A stretch of DNA of 64,000 bases from Sumerlaeia bacterium (GCA_040219255.1 JAVJSW010000037.1:1-64000); one strand, 5' to 3'. Positions 20,251 through 31,682 are shown, counted from the first letter of the stretch. The notes: generated by a model from the letters alone, not told the origin. Numbers and translations: made by a program.

Positions 20251-21801
20251 GTGCTCAGCCATTGTTTGAAGAAGTCCCCCATCGCCTCCCCCAACCGGCT
20301 CTTGCTCGCGGCACTGCTCCTGGTCTGGGGGATTCGTTTTCTGACTCTGGGATTGTATCCGATTTTCGACACGACCGAAGCGAGATACGCCGAGATCCCG
20401 CGCGAGATGGTGTCTTCGGGCGACTGGATCACGCCCCAGCTCGACCCGGGTTTGCCCTTTTGGGGCAAACCTCCGCTGTCCTTCTGGATCACGGCGGTCT
20501 CGTTCCGCGTTTTCGGATTCTCCGAGTTCTCCGCCCGCCTGCCCCACCTGCTTGTTTCCCTCTTCGCCGTCTTGCTGGTGTACGTGACGGCGAAACGGCT
20601 TTTCGGAGGCAATGCCGGTTTGCTGGCGGCTTTGATTCTTTCGACCACCGGCCTGTTCTATGCCTTGTCGGCGGGTATCATGACCGATCCCACGCTGGCG
20701 ACTTGTGTGACTTTGGCGATGTGCGGGTTCGTGCTCTCCCTGTTTGGCGAGGGAAGTGAGGGCGGACGAAGATTCTGGGGCTACCTGTTCTTCGCTGGCG
20801 CGGGTCTCGCCATGCTCGCGAAGGGCCCGGTGGGACTAGTGTTGATCGCTCTGCCGATCGGCTTGTGGCTGATCGCCGCGAAACAGTGGAAGCGGGCGGC
20901 GGTCTCGCTGCCGTGGCTCGGAGGGCCACTGCTTTTCCTCGCGATCGTGCTTCCCTGGTATTTGCTGGCGGAGGCCAAGACTCCCGGGTTCCTCGATTAT
21001 TTCATTGTTGGAGAGCACTTCAAACGCTTCCTCGTTCCCGGTTGGGAAGGCGATATGTACGGCAACCCGCACGAGCATCCCCGGGGGACCATCTGGCTCT
21101 TCGGGGCGCTCTCGATTCTTCCCTGGGGGCTTTACCTCGCGCCCGCATTCTGGGGGCTCCGCCGCGAGCCCGGCGCCCTCCGGACTTTCGTTCGCGATCC
21201 GCTCCACCTGTTCTTTTTGCTCTGGTTCCTGTCGCCGCTGATCTTCTTCACCTTCTCCGGGAATATCATCCTCACCTATGTCTTGCCGGGGCTGTCGGGA
21301 TTCGCGCTGCTTGGTCTGCGGATCGCCGGGCAGGCTTCGCGGGCGAGCGACTCCCGGCCCGCCACCACGACCCGATTCGTCCATCGGCCCGCGTTTCACT
21401 GGGCCCTGGCCGGCTTCACTCCTGTCATGTTCCTCTTCGCGGCGCTCGCTATTCTGCCGGCCCTGGGCGAACGAAAATCGCACAAGAGTCTGGTGGAAGC
21501 GCTGCCCTTTTTCGGGGCGCCCAGCGGAACCCCCCTGTACTACTTCGAAGACATGCCCTACTCCGCCGATCTCTATTCCGGCGGGAACGCCCACATGATT
21601 CCGGAGGACTCGGTCGAGGAATGGCTCCGCATCACCGGCGACGACATCCCCGATTTCATTGTTGTGGACGAAGACGATCTCGACAATCTGGACCGCGTCA
21701 CGGGGCGAACCTACGTGGTGCTGATGCGCCACGATGAGGACTTGCTGGTCACCGAGGGGCTGCCGGCCGCCGTCGAGGGCGTGTCGTCCCGCGATCTCTA
21801 G
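20251..21801 (+). CDS. ArnT/GT83-family (GT-C) glycosyltransferase
   Basis: DTTEARYAEIPREMV.SGDWITP, KPPL.FW, EFSARLP, LAKGPVG, EHFKRF; many TM helices; AAGGAG before GTG 20251. Confidence 0.88.
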   Translation: MLSHCLKKSPIASPNRLLLAALLLVWGIRFLTLGLYPIFDTTEARYAEIPREMVSSGDWITPQLDPGLPFWGKPPLSFWITAVSFRVFGFSEFSARLPHLLVSLFAVLLVYVTAKRLFGGNAGLLAALILSTTGLFYALSAGIMTDPTLATCVTLAMCGFVLSLFGEGSEGGRRFWGYLFFAGAGLAMLAKGPVGLVLIALPIGLWLIAAKQWKRAAVSLPWLGGPLLFLAIVLPWYLLAEAKTPGFLDYFIVGEHFKRFLVPGWEGDMYGNPHEHPRGTIWLFGALSILPWGLYLAPAFWGLRREPGALRTFVRDPLHLFFLLWFLSPLIFFTFSGNIILTYVLPGLSGFALLGLRIAGQASRASDSRPATTTRFVHRPAFHWALAGFTPVMFLFAALAILPALGERKSHKSLVEALPFFGAPSGTPLYYFEDMPYSADLYSGGNAHMIPEDSVEEWLRITGDDIPDFIVVDEDDLDNLDRVTGRTYVVLMRHDEDLLVTEGLPAAVEGVSSRDL

Positions 21802-21850
21802 GGGCGCGAGGCGAGGGCGGGGCCGGCTCGGCGCCGCGCGCGCGGGGCCC

Positions 21851-23092
21851 TTAGCGCCACCGCGCCCGCCAGAAGAGGGCGAAGCCGATCCCGCCGACTA
21901 CCACATTGGGGACCATCAGGGCCGTGATCGCGATGAGCCAGCCGGTTCGCGTCGGACCACCCAGGCCCGAAGTGCCCACATTGCCGCCGAACAGCCATAG
22001 CGCATAGTAAACGGCCATGAGCACGAGCGCGATGAGGAAGCTCAACGACTTGGCCCGCGGGCGGATTTCCATCGCCAGCGGAATGGAAATCAGCACGAAC
22101 GCGAGCGGCGCGAAAGCCAGCGAATAGCGGCGCAGGTACTCGTTGCGGGCGCTGAAGTATTCTCGCCAGGGCCGTCCGATGCGCCGGCCCGCTTTCGTAT
22201 CCGCTTCCTTGTAAACCGGTTCGTCCGGCGGGGCCGCCAGGTACGCCTGCAACTGGCGGTAATCCATTTCCCGGGGCCGCACCTCGAGGCTGTTGCGCAG
22301 GTCCCGCGTGCCGCCCGTCAGGGTATGGCTCAACTCACGAAAACGCATGGTGGTGGCGGTCTGGCCGGGGGTAACGCCGAGCGGCAGCATCACACCTTCG
22401 CGCAGCGAGACTTTGAGCAACTGGGTTGCGGGATCGCCCTCGATGACGCCGCTCTCCGCGAAAATCATGAAGTCCTTCTGCTCGTCCTCCACCGTTTCGT
22501 CCTCCAGGAGGACCGCCGGTTGTACCCGCAGGCGCATGGAAACGCCGCGCATGCCGAGGGCCACGCCGGTTTCCGAAGTGGGGACTTGGCGTCGGTCCTC
22601 GAAGGTCAGGGCCAGCTCCGTGTCTTCGGTTCCGATGTCGGTGTAGATGCGGCCCGGTTCGAGCGTCGTCAGCAACTCGAAGCGGATCTGATAGCCGATC
22701 TGATCGATGCTGCCGACGGAACGGGGGATGAGCACCTGATTGACCCAGATGAGGGTGAAGCTGAGAACGGCGGCGCAGAAGACCGCCGGCCAGAAAAGGC
22801 GAACGACGGAAACGCCCGCGACGCGCACCGCCAGGATTTCGTTTTCCGTGGTCATGCGGCCCACGGCGATAATCGTTCCCAGAAGCACCGCCATGGGAAC
22901 GGTGAGGCTCAGGAGGGTGAGAAAAACGATTCCGAGGAGGTGGGCGAGCATGCCGAGGCTGATGCCGGAGCGGAAGAGCAGTTCCGCCAGATCGGACAGG
23001 CGGACCAGGAGCAGGAGGCAGGTGAAGAACAGGCCGCTGATGATGATGGGGCCGAGCAATTCGCGAATCGTGTAGAGGTGGAGGGTCTTCAT
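21851..23092 (-). CDS. LptF/LptG family LPS export permease
   Basis: LHLYTIRELLGP, PMAVLLG..A.GRMTTENEILA...AGVS; 3 TM + periplasmic beta domain + 3 TM. Confidence 0.88.
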   Translation of the reverse strand: MKTLHLYTIRELLGPIIISGLFFTCLLLLVRLSDLAELLFRSGISLGMLAHLLGIVFLTLLSLTVPMAVLLGTIIAVGRMTTENEILAVRVAGVSVVRLFWPAVFCAAVLSFTLIWVNQVLIPRSVGSIDQIGYQIRFELLTTLEPGRIYTDIGTEDTELALTFEDRRQVPTSETGVALGMRGVSMRLRVQPAVLLEDETVEDEQKDFMIFAESGVIEGDPATQLLKVSLREGVMLPLGVTPGQTATTMRFRELSHTLTGGTRDLRNSLEVRPREMDYRQLQAYLAAPPDEPVYKEADTKAGRRIGRPWREYFSARNEYLRRYSLAFAPLAFVLISIPLAMEIRPRAKSLSFLIALVLMAVYYALWLFGGNVGTSGLGGPTRTGWLIAITALMVPNVVVGGIGFALFWRARWR

Positions 23093-23176
23093 GGAGCGAG
23101 GAGGAACCGTGCCTTGAGGCGGAATGAACCGGCAAAGAGGGAAGAGCTAGCCGCGAGGTGCGGGGCGCGCCAAGCG

Positions 23177-23214
23177 AAAGAAAAGCCCCGCTCGCTTTTG
23201 GGGCCGAGCGGGGC
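23177..23214 (-). terminator. Intrinsic terminator downstream of the ArsC-family gene
   Basis: GCCCCGCTCG/CGAGCGGGGC stem followed by TTTTCTTT on the minus strand. Confidence 0.7.
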
Positions 23215-23252
23215 GAAGAGGGGCGGCCGCCGGCCACCACCGGAGGCGGGTT

Positions 23253-23594
23253 CTAGAGTTCTTCCAGAGCTTTCTCGTCATGGCCGAAGACGGCGTGCTT
23301 GCCTTTGACGCAAATGGGTCGCTTGATGAGGTTGGGGTCCCTCATCATCAACTCGATGGCCCCTTTTTTCGTGGGCGGATCGTCCTTGAGGCCGTGATCG
23401 CGATAGGCGGCGGAGCGGGTGTTGAGGTACGCTTTGACGTTTTTCGCGTCGATGTGGGTCTCGAGAAGGGACCGCGGAGGCGGGTATTCGTCGAGGTCCC
23501 GCAGGTCCAGTTCGTGGCCGAGGCTCTCAAGTTTCTTGATCGCCTTCTTGCACGTCTGGCACCGCGGTTTGTGATACACCGTTACTTTAGCCAT
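23253..23594 (-). CDS. ArsC/Spx/YffB family thioredoxin-fold protein
   Basis: YHKPRCQTCKKA (CxxC), NTRSAAYR, PNLIKRPI. Confidence 0.88.
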   Translation of the reverse strand: MAKVTVYHKPRCQTCKKAIKKLESLGHELDLRDLDEYPPPRSLLETHIDAKNVKAYLNTRSAAYRDHGLKDDPPTKKGAIELMMRDPNLIKRPICVKGKHAVFGHDEKALEEL

Positions 23595-24086
23595 GAGTGC
23601 GACAGGGTACTCCTCGGGTGGGTCAATCTCTTCGGGTGAGTCAGTTTGGGGTCAGGTTAAATACCGTACCGTCCTGACGATAGCGTACCGTAAGACCAGA
23701 AGCGTCCGAAACGCAAGCGCCAAGTGCGCCGTATATTTCAAACTTTGCTTGACTTAGGCGCCATAGGCCAATGCCTATGTCATGCGGGTTCTTTTCTGTC
23801 CTAAAGTCCGTGCTCTTTCCGATTCGCTCCAAACAGTCCTAATCCCGCTTGCGAAGTGTTTTCTTTATTGGGTTTAGACTTCACTGTCTCATCGCCGCTC
23901 TTCTTTTCCCCTTGCATCCGGGAGCAAAGCTTCGCACCCCTTTCGCCGCCGGTCCGGCCACCGAAATGCGGCTCGCGGCGGGGACAGTTCCTTTCCTCCG
24001 CCCCGATCCCGGGTCTGTCCGTCCGGCTCGTTACCCGGCCGCTTGGCCCCGCCGTCACTTTCCAAACCACAGTTCGTCCCCTTATT

Positions 24087-26828
24087 ATGTCCACCCTCGT
24101 CATCGTCGAGTCTCCCGCCAAAGCCAAGACCATCGAGAAATTCCTCGGGAAAGGCTACACGGTGCGCGCCAGCTTCGGCCACGTCCGCGACCTTCCCAGC
24201 AAAGCCGACGAAGTTCCCGCGTCCATCAAGGGCGAGAAGTGGGCCAACCTCGGCGTCAACGTGGAGAAGGACTTCGAGCCTGTCTACGTCATCCCCGGCG
24301 ATAAGAAGAAGCGCATCGACGAGTTGAAGAAGCACCTCAAGGACGCCGACGAACTGCTGTTGGCGACTGACGAGGACCGCGAGGGCGAGAGCATTTCGTG
24401 GCACCTGCTGGAAGTCCTCAAACCCAAGGTGCCGGTCCGCCGCATCGTCTTCCACGAAATCACCAAGGAGGCCATCCAGCACGCCATCGCCAACGCCCGC
24501 GACGTCGATCTGGACCTTGTCCACGCCCAGGAAAGCCGGCGGATCGTCGACCGGCTTTACGGTTACAGCCTCTCGCCGGTGCTCTGGCGCAAGGTGCAGA
24601 AGGGCTTGAGCGCCGGGCGCGTGCAGAGCGTCGCCGTGCGCCTCATCGTCGAGCGCGAGGAAGAACGGCGCGTCTTCGTGCCCGCCAGTTATTGGGACCT
24701 GGAGGCCGGCTTCCGGTCGGCCACCGGAGAGTTCGCGGCCACGCTCTCGCGCCTCGGGAAGGACCGCATCGCTTCGGGCCGCGATTTCGAGCCGGAAACG
24801 GGCAAGCTCAAGAAGGGCGCCAGCGCTCGCCATCTTCAGGAGCAGGACGCTCTGCGCCTGACCGAAACGGTGCGGGCCAATCTGCCCTGGCGCGTTGGCA
24901 AGGTCGAAGAAAAGCCCGGCGTCCAGCGCCCCGCCCCCCCCTTTACGACGTCCACGCTGCAGCAGGAAGCCAACCGCAAACTCGGCTATGGCGCCAAGCG
25001 CACCATGCAGATCGCCCAGCGTCTTTATGAAGGTATCGACCTCGGCGGCGGCGAACGGGTCGGTCTGATCACCTACATGCGTACCGACAGCCAGAACCTG
25101 GCGGAGAAGGCTCTGGGCGAAGCGCAGCAGCAGATCAAGACCATGTACGGCGCCGAGTACGCCACCGGCCCCCGCCGCTATAAGACCAAGAGCCGCAGCG
25201 CCCAGGAAGCCCACGAAGCGATCCGCCCCACCGATCTCTCGCGCCGGCCCCAGGACATGGGCCAGTACCTCGACAAGGACGACGCCCGCCTTTACGAACT
25301 CATCTGGAAGCGCACCCTCGCCAGCCAGATGCCCGACGCCAAGGTCCTGCGCAAAACCGTGGAGATCACCGCCGATGGCGGCCCCGACGGCGAAGCCGCC
25401 TTCACCGCCACCGGAAAGACCATCACCTTCCCGGGCTACCTGCGCGCCTATGTCGAAGGCAGCGACGATCCCAACGCCGAACTCGGCGACAAGGAAACGA
25501 TTCTTCCCGACCTGAAAGAAGGCCAGGAGATCCCCCGCGCCATGGGCGCCCCGAAGGACGCCACGGTGCTGAAGACCGTGGAAGCCAAGGGCCACACCAC
25601 CAGCCCGCCGGCCCGCTTCACGGAAGCCAGCCTCGTCAAGAAGCTGGAGGAGGAAGGCGTCGGCCGCCCCAGCACCTATGCCTCGATCATCTCCACGATC
25701 CAGGACCGCGGCTACGTCTTCCGCCAGAGCAACGCCCTCGTGCCCACCTACACGGCCATGGCGGTGACGAACCTGTTGCGCGATCACTTCGGCGATTATG
25801 TCGATGTCAAGTTCACCGCCCGCATGGAGGAAGACCTGGATGAAGTGGCCAACGGCCATCGCGACTGGGTCGGGCAAGTGCGCGCCTTCTTCCTCGGTTC
25901 GGACCAGAACGGCGCCACCGATGGCCGAGCCGTCAATGGCGTCGGTCTGGAGGAAATGATCGGGCGGGAAATGGACGCCATCGGCCTGCCGGACGTTGTC
26001 ATCGGCACCGATCCCGACTCCAATCAACGCCTCGTGGTCCGCATCGGGCGCTATGGGCCCTACATCGTACGAGGCGAAGGCGGCGAAGGTAACACCGCCG
26101 ACGTGCCGGAGAAAGTCGCCCCCGCCGACTTCAGCGCCGAGCAAGCCCTCGAACTGCTCTCACAGAAAAAAGAAGGCCCCCGCGTCGTCGGCGAAGACCC
26201 GGAGACCGGCCTGGAAGTGCTGGTCATGACCGGCCGCTATGGGCCGTACGTGCAGCTTGGCGAGACGCCGGACGACAAGAAGGCCCCCAAGCCCAAGCGC
26301 GCCAGCCTGCCCAAGGACATGGCCGTCGACGAGGTGGAGTTGCCGCTGGCCCTCAAGCTGCTCTCCCTGCCGCGTACCCTCGGCACCCACCCGGACGACG
26401 GCGAGCCCGTGCTGGCGAACGAGGGCCGCTTTGGCCCCTACGTCCAGCACAACCGCGAGTTCCGCAGTCTGGAAGAAACCGATAACGTCCATACCGTCAC
26501 CTACGAACGGGCGATGGAGCTTCTGAGCCAGCCCAAGAAAGGCCGCAAGGCTGCCAAAAAAGCCGCCTCGGCGCCCCTCAAAGTCCTCGGCCAAACCGCC
26601 GCCGGCGCCGATATCAAGCTCCTCGAAGGGCGCTACGGACCTTACGTCACCGATGGCCAGACCAACGCCACGATCCCCAAAGGCACCGACCCGGCGAACG
26701 TGACGCCCGAGCAGGCCAAAGAATGGCTCGCAGCCAAAGCCTCCAAGGGCCCTGCGAAGAAGAGCGCCAAGAAAGCCTCCGCGAAGAAAAGCTCGGCCAA
26801 GAAAAAGGGTGGCGCCTCGGACAGTTAA
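24087..26828 (+). CDS. topA: DNA topoisomerase I with C-terminal GRYGPY repeats and Lys-rich tail
   Basis: LVIVESPAKAKTI, ATDEDREGE, SAGRVQS, catalytic ITYMRTD, AHEAIRPT, GRPSTY; four GR(Y/F)GPY repeats; start ATG 24087. Confidence 0.97.
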   Translation: MSTLVIVESPAKAKTIEKFLGKGYTVRASFGHVRDLPSKADEVPASIKGEKWANLGVNVEKDFEPVYVIPGDKKKRIDELKKHLKDADELLLATDEDREGESISWHLLEVLKPKVPVRRIVFHEITKEAIQHAIANARDVDLDLVHAQESRRIVDRLYGYSLSPVLWRKVQKGLSAGRVQSVAVRLIVEREEERRVFVPASYWDLEAGFRSATGEFAATLSRLGKDRIASGRDFEPETGKLKKGASARHLQEQDALRLTETVRANLPWRVGKVEEKPGVQRPAPPFTTSTLQQEANRKLGYGAKRTMQIAQRLYEGIDLGGGERVGLITYMRTDSQNLAEKALGEAQQQIKTMYGAEYATGPRRYKTKSRSAQEAHEAIRPTDLSRRPQDMGQYLDKDDARLYELIWKRTLASQMPDAKVLRKTVEITADGGPDGEAAFTATGKTITFPGYLRAYVEGSDDPNAELGDKETILPDLKEGQEIPRAMGAPKDATVLKTVEAKGHTTSPPARFTEASLVKKLEEEGVGRPSTYASIISTIQDRGYVFRQSNALVPTYTAMAVTNLLRDHFGDYVDVKFTARMEEDLDEVANGHRDWVGQVRAFFLGSDQNGATDGRAVNGVGLEEMIGREMDAIGLPDVVIGTDPDSNQRLVVRIGRYGPYIVRGEGGEGNTADVPEKVAPADFSAEQALELLSQKKEGPRVVGEDPETGLEVLVMTGRYGPYVQLGETPDDKKAPKPKRASLPKDMAVDEVELPLALKLLSLPRTLGTHPDDGEPVLANEGRFGPYVQHNREFRSLEETDNVHTVTYERAMELLSQPKKGRKAAKKAASAPLKVLGQTAAGADIKLLEGRYGPYVTDGQTNATIPKGTDPANVTPEQAKEWLAAKASKGPAKKSAKKASAKKSSAKKKGGASDS

Positions 26829-27038
26829 CCACAGAGCGGCACAGAGTTTGGAGGTAAGACAGAGGTGTCTGAATTGGCCGCCTATGAATAGGGTAAATAC
26901 GATAAATTGATATTTCATCAAGCTGAGTGTCTTTTTAAAAACACTCTCCTTCTCGATTGCATGACGCCCTACGCACAATATTTAGACTTGGCTAATTTTC
27001 TCTGAGTAACCTCTGTCCTCTGAGTCCTCTGTGGTTAA
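26825..27038. repeat. REP/MITE-like element with perfect 12-bp terminal inverted repeat TTAACCACAGAG / CTCTGTGGTTAA and AT-rich core
   Basis: Read directly from the sequence; internal CACAGAG/CTCTG sub-repeats at both ends; left end overlaps the topA stop. Confidence 0.75.
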
Positions 27039-27097
27039 AAAGAAAGCCGGAGCGACACGCCCCAGCTTCCCTTGATATCTTGGTTCGTCGGCCTGAT

Positions 27098-27691
27098 TCA
27101 GGCCCGCTGCACGGTCGAGTGCATAGTCGAATGCTCGCCGCGCTGGTAATTCTTCACAAAACTGGAGTGCATGCCGCCGGGCCCGCGGGACAGGGCGATG
27201 CGGCCCGTGCGCGACAGTTCCAGCAACCCATAGGGAGCCAGGATTTCCAGGAACGCCTCGATGGTGGTCTGTTGCCCCACCAGCTCGAGGGTCATGGTTT
27301 CCTGCGAGATGTCGATCGGGTGTGCCTGGAAGGCGGAGGCCAACTGGATCACTTCGACACGCCGTGCGGCCGGGACGGCGACCTTGACCAGGATGAGTTC
27401 GCGGTCGATGAATTCGCCCGAGCTGGTGAGGTCCTGGACTTTGATCACGTCCACCAGTTTGTTGAGTTGCTTGTGAATCTGTTCCACAACGCGGTCGTCG
27501 CCCTTCACCGCCAGGGTGATGCGGCTGATCGTCGGATCGTGGGTGGGGCCGACGGCGAGGCTGTGGATGTTGAAGCCGCGGGAAGCGAAAAGGCCGGAAA
27601 TGCGGGCCAGGACACCGAAGTGGTTTTCCACCAGCACGCTGATGATGTGCGTGTGTTCCGTTTCGGGGCCAAGCCCGTTGAGAGTCGCCAT
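27098..27691 (-). CDS. ilvN: Acetolactate synthase small (regulatory) subunit
   Basis: HIISVLVENHFGVLARISGLFASRGFNIHSLAVGPT, EQIHKQLNKLVDVIKV, RELILVKV, ELSRTG. Confidence 0.95.
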   Translation of the reverse strand: MATLNGLGPETEHTHIISVLVENHFGVLARISGLFASRGFNIHSLAVGPTHDPTISRITLAVKGDDRVVEQIHKQLNKLVDVIKVQDLTSSGEFIDRELILVKVAVPAARRVEVIQLASAFQAHPIDISQETMTLELVGQQTTIEAFLEILAPYGLLELSRTGRIALSRGPGGMHSSFVKNYQRGEHSTMHSTVQRA

Positions 27692-27763
27692 GGGTCTGAA
27701 ATCTCCTGTCGTAATGCGGGGGGCGAGGGGAATGCGCCGGGCGGGCGAGGGGCGTCGCGGCGG

Positions 27764-28378
27764 TCAGCCGGGCTTGGCCGCCTCCCAGTCCGAACGCAGG
27801 ATGCTGTAGATCTTCATGTCTTGATATCGCGAGTCCTCTTTGGTGATCGCGACGCGCTGATGGCTGCGCAGGATGCCCTCGTAGGTCATCCCCGCTTTCT
27901 CCATAACGCGGGCGCTGCTGCGGTTGGCAACCATACAGAGACCCTCGATGCGGTTGAGTCCCATCGTTTCGAAACCGAAGCGGATGATGAGACGCACCGA
28001 CTCGGTCGTGAACCCTTGGCCCCAGAAGGACTTATCGAGGGCGAAACCGATTTCGGCGCGGGCGTGGGGGCGGTTCCAGTTCAGGAAACCGGCGGTGCCG
28101 ATCACCCGGCCGTCGGAGGAATTCTTGATGCACACGCCCCAGGGGCTCGGCTCTCCCGCGCGGTAACTTTCCGTCACACGGTGCAGGAACCGCTTCGCGT
28201 CCTCGATCGATTCGTGCTGGGGCCAACTGGTGTAGCGGGCCACGTTGATGTCCTGGCCGTAGGCGTAGACTGCCTCGGCGTCGGTCAACTGAAGGGGACG
28301 CAGGCAGACGCGTTCGCCTTCCAGGCAGGGAAGATCGGTGAAGAATTTATCGAGGTCGGGGGCGCTTTGGACGCTCAT
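27764..28378 (-). CDS. RimJ/RimL-type GNAT N-acetyltransferase
   Basis: LEGERVCLRPL, AEIGFAL...WGQGFTTE, GLNRI, N..SARVMEKAGM..EG; likely start ATG 28378. Confidence 0.9.
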   Translation of the reverse strand: MSVQSAPDLDKFFTDLPCLEGERVCLRPLQLTDAEAVYAYGQDINVARYTSWPQHESIEDAKRFLHRVTESYRAGEPSPWGVCIKNSSDGRVIGTAGFLNWNRPHARAEIGFALDKSFWGQGFTTESVRLIIRFGFETMGLNRIEGLCMVANRSSARVMEKAGMTYEGILRSHQRVAITKEDSRYQDMKIYSILRSDWEAAKPG

Positions 28379-28414
28379 CGAGGGTCTCCGGGGGAGGTCT
28401 GGGTGGTAGGCATC

Positions 28415-28442
28415 AAAAACGCCGCTGGTGAGACAGCGGCGT
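28415..28442 (-). terminator. Attenuator terminator in the leader of the GNAT-ilvN operon
   Basis: Minus strand ACGCCGCTG-tctcac-CAGCGGCGT-TTTT, about 37 nt before the GNAT start. Confidence 0.7.
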
Positions 28443-28501
28443 GTTCGGAAAAGCCCTGAAGCGCGCGGATCGTGGCCGCCAACGCGGCCATCCAACCAGC
28501 C

Positions 28502-28552
28502 TCAGGGCCGTCGTACTCGTACCGTGTTTGTCAGCGCGTGAAAGAAAATCAT
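28502..28552 (-). promoter_or_regulatory. Putative attenuator leader peptide MIFFHALTNTVRVRRP
   Basis: 16-codon uORF ending GTA CGA GTA CGA CGG CCC TGA, followed by alternative hairpins and a terminator. Confidence 0.55.
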
Positions 28553-28674
28553 GGAACTTTCCGGCAAAGAAGAAGTCAAGCTGACGCACGCAAGCTAGGC
28601 GGTTCAAGACCGGACCTGTCAAGCCGGAATGCGCGCCGGTCGATCGCCAGGCCCGTTCCGCGCCGCCCTATGAC

Positions 28675-29064
28675 TCAAGAAGCCGCCTGCGCGTCCTTCA
28701 GGGCCATCTGCACCTTCGTCAGCAGGTCGTTGTAGTCGAAGGGCTTCACGATGTAGTACTGCGTTCCCATATCCAGGGCGCGGCGGATTTTCGACTTGTC
28801 GGATATGCCCGTCAGGAAAATCACCGGCACGTGATTCGTGGCGTCTCGGGCTTTCAGCTCCGCCATCACCTCGAACCCGTCCATCTGGGGCATCATCATG
28901 TCCAGAATGACCAGATCGGGCACCTCTTCTTCCGCCGACGCCAGAGCATCGGGGCCGTTGCTGGCGGTCCGCACGTCGTACTCGTCTTTGAGCGCCGTCT
29001 TCAGGATCAGGAGCACATCGTTCTCGTCGTCAACGGCCAGGATTTTGGGCTTCGCTTCAGTCAT
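28675..29064 (-). CDS. Single-domain response regulator (CheY-like)
   Basis: ILAVDDE, LVILDMMMPQMDG, IFLTG, YIVKPF; likely start ATG 29064. Confidence 0.92.
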   Translation of the reverse strand: MTEAKPKILAVDDENDVLLILKTALKDEYDVRTASNGPDALASAEEEVPDLVILDMMMPQMDGFEVMAELKARDATNHVPVIFLTGISDKSKIRRALDMGTQYYIVKPFDYNDLLTKVQMALKDAQAAS

Positions 29065-29176
29065 CGTCCGCGTCCTTGCAGGGTGGGAAAGGGATGGGAT
29101 GGGGCCATGGTTCGATGAAACGCGGGGGGCGGTCCGGGTCAACGTGTTTTCGGGGCGCCTTCACCGCGATCCTTAC

Positions 29177-29465
29177 AACCACAGAGTGCCGCAGGGGAGA
29201 GAGTTTGCACAGAGAGCAAATAAACGCGAACCGAAGTTTTCCTTTAAGCTCAGTAAATTCAACGTGTCATGTTTTGTCCATGGTGCCATGGCCCGCCCGT
29301 TTCGACTCTCCAGAATGAAAGAACGGGGCGGTTCTTGGTCATTCACGGAGTCTTCGGGGTTTTTTGTGCGAAAGAATTCGCCCGGATAGGCCATCGCCTC
29401 CCGCTGTCGCAGTGCATAACCCGCCTCGCACCAAATGCCTCTGTGCCTCCGGGTCTCCGTGGCGA
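29177..29465. repeat. REP-like element (AACCACAGAG ... CCTCTGTGCCTCCGGGTCTCCGTGGCGA) with AT-richer core
   Basis: Same end motifs as 26825-27038, but imperfect. Confidence 0.55.
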
Positions 29466-29723
29466 GTTTCCGTGAGGGATCGAGGCGCCGTTCCCCTCAT
29501 CCGGCGGGCGCGCCGTCGCAAGGGTCGCGGCGCGCCGTCGCGCAGCCGTCGCACTCGCCACATTTCTCTGAAGTGGGTTGAAAGGACACACTTTTTGCCC
29601 TCCTGAAAAAGGCTCTAAGTCAAGGTTTACCAGTCTTTTCGACCCCTCTCAAGGCGGCATTCGGGCCATGGCCTTTATCTTGCGGACTCACCGGTCAGCA
29701 TCAGTTGGGAGGTAGAGTGTCCT

Positions 29724-31664
<1,941 letters not shown>

Positions 31665-31682
31665 GTCGTAATGCTAAAGCTC

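Noticed and set aside
29480-29723. CIRCE operator upstream of dnaK
   Set aside because: No TTAGCACTC-N9-GAGTGCTAA or close variant was found.
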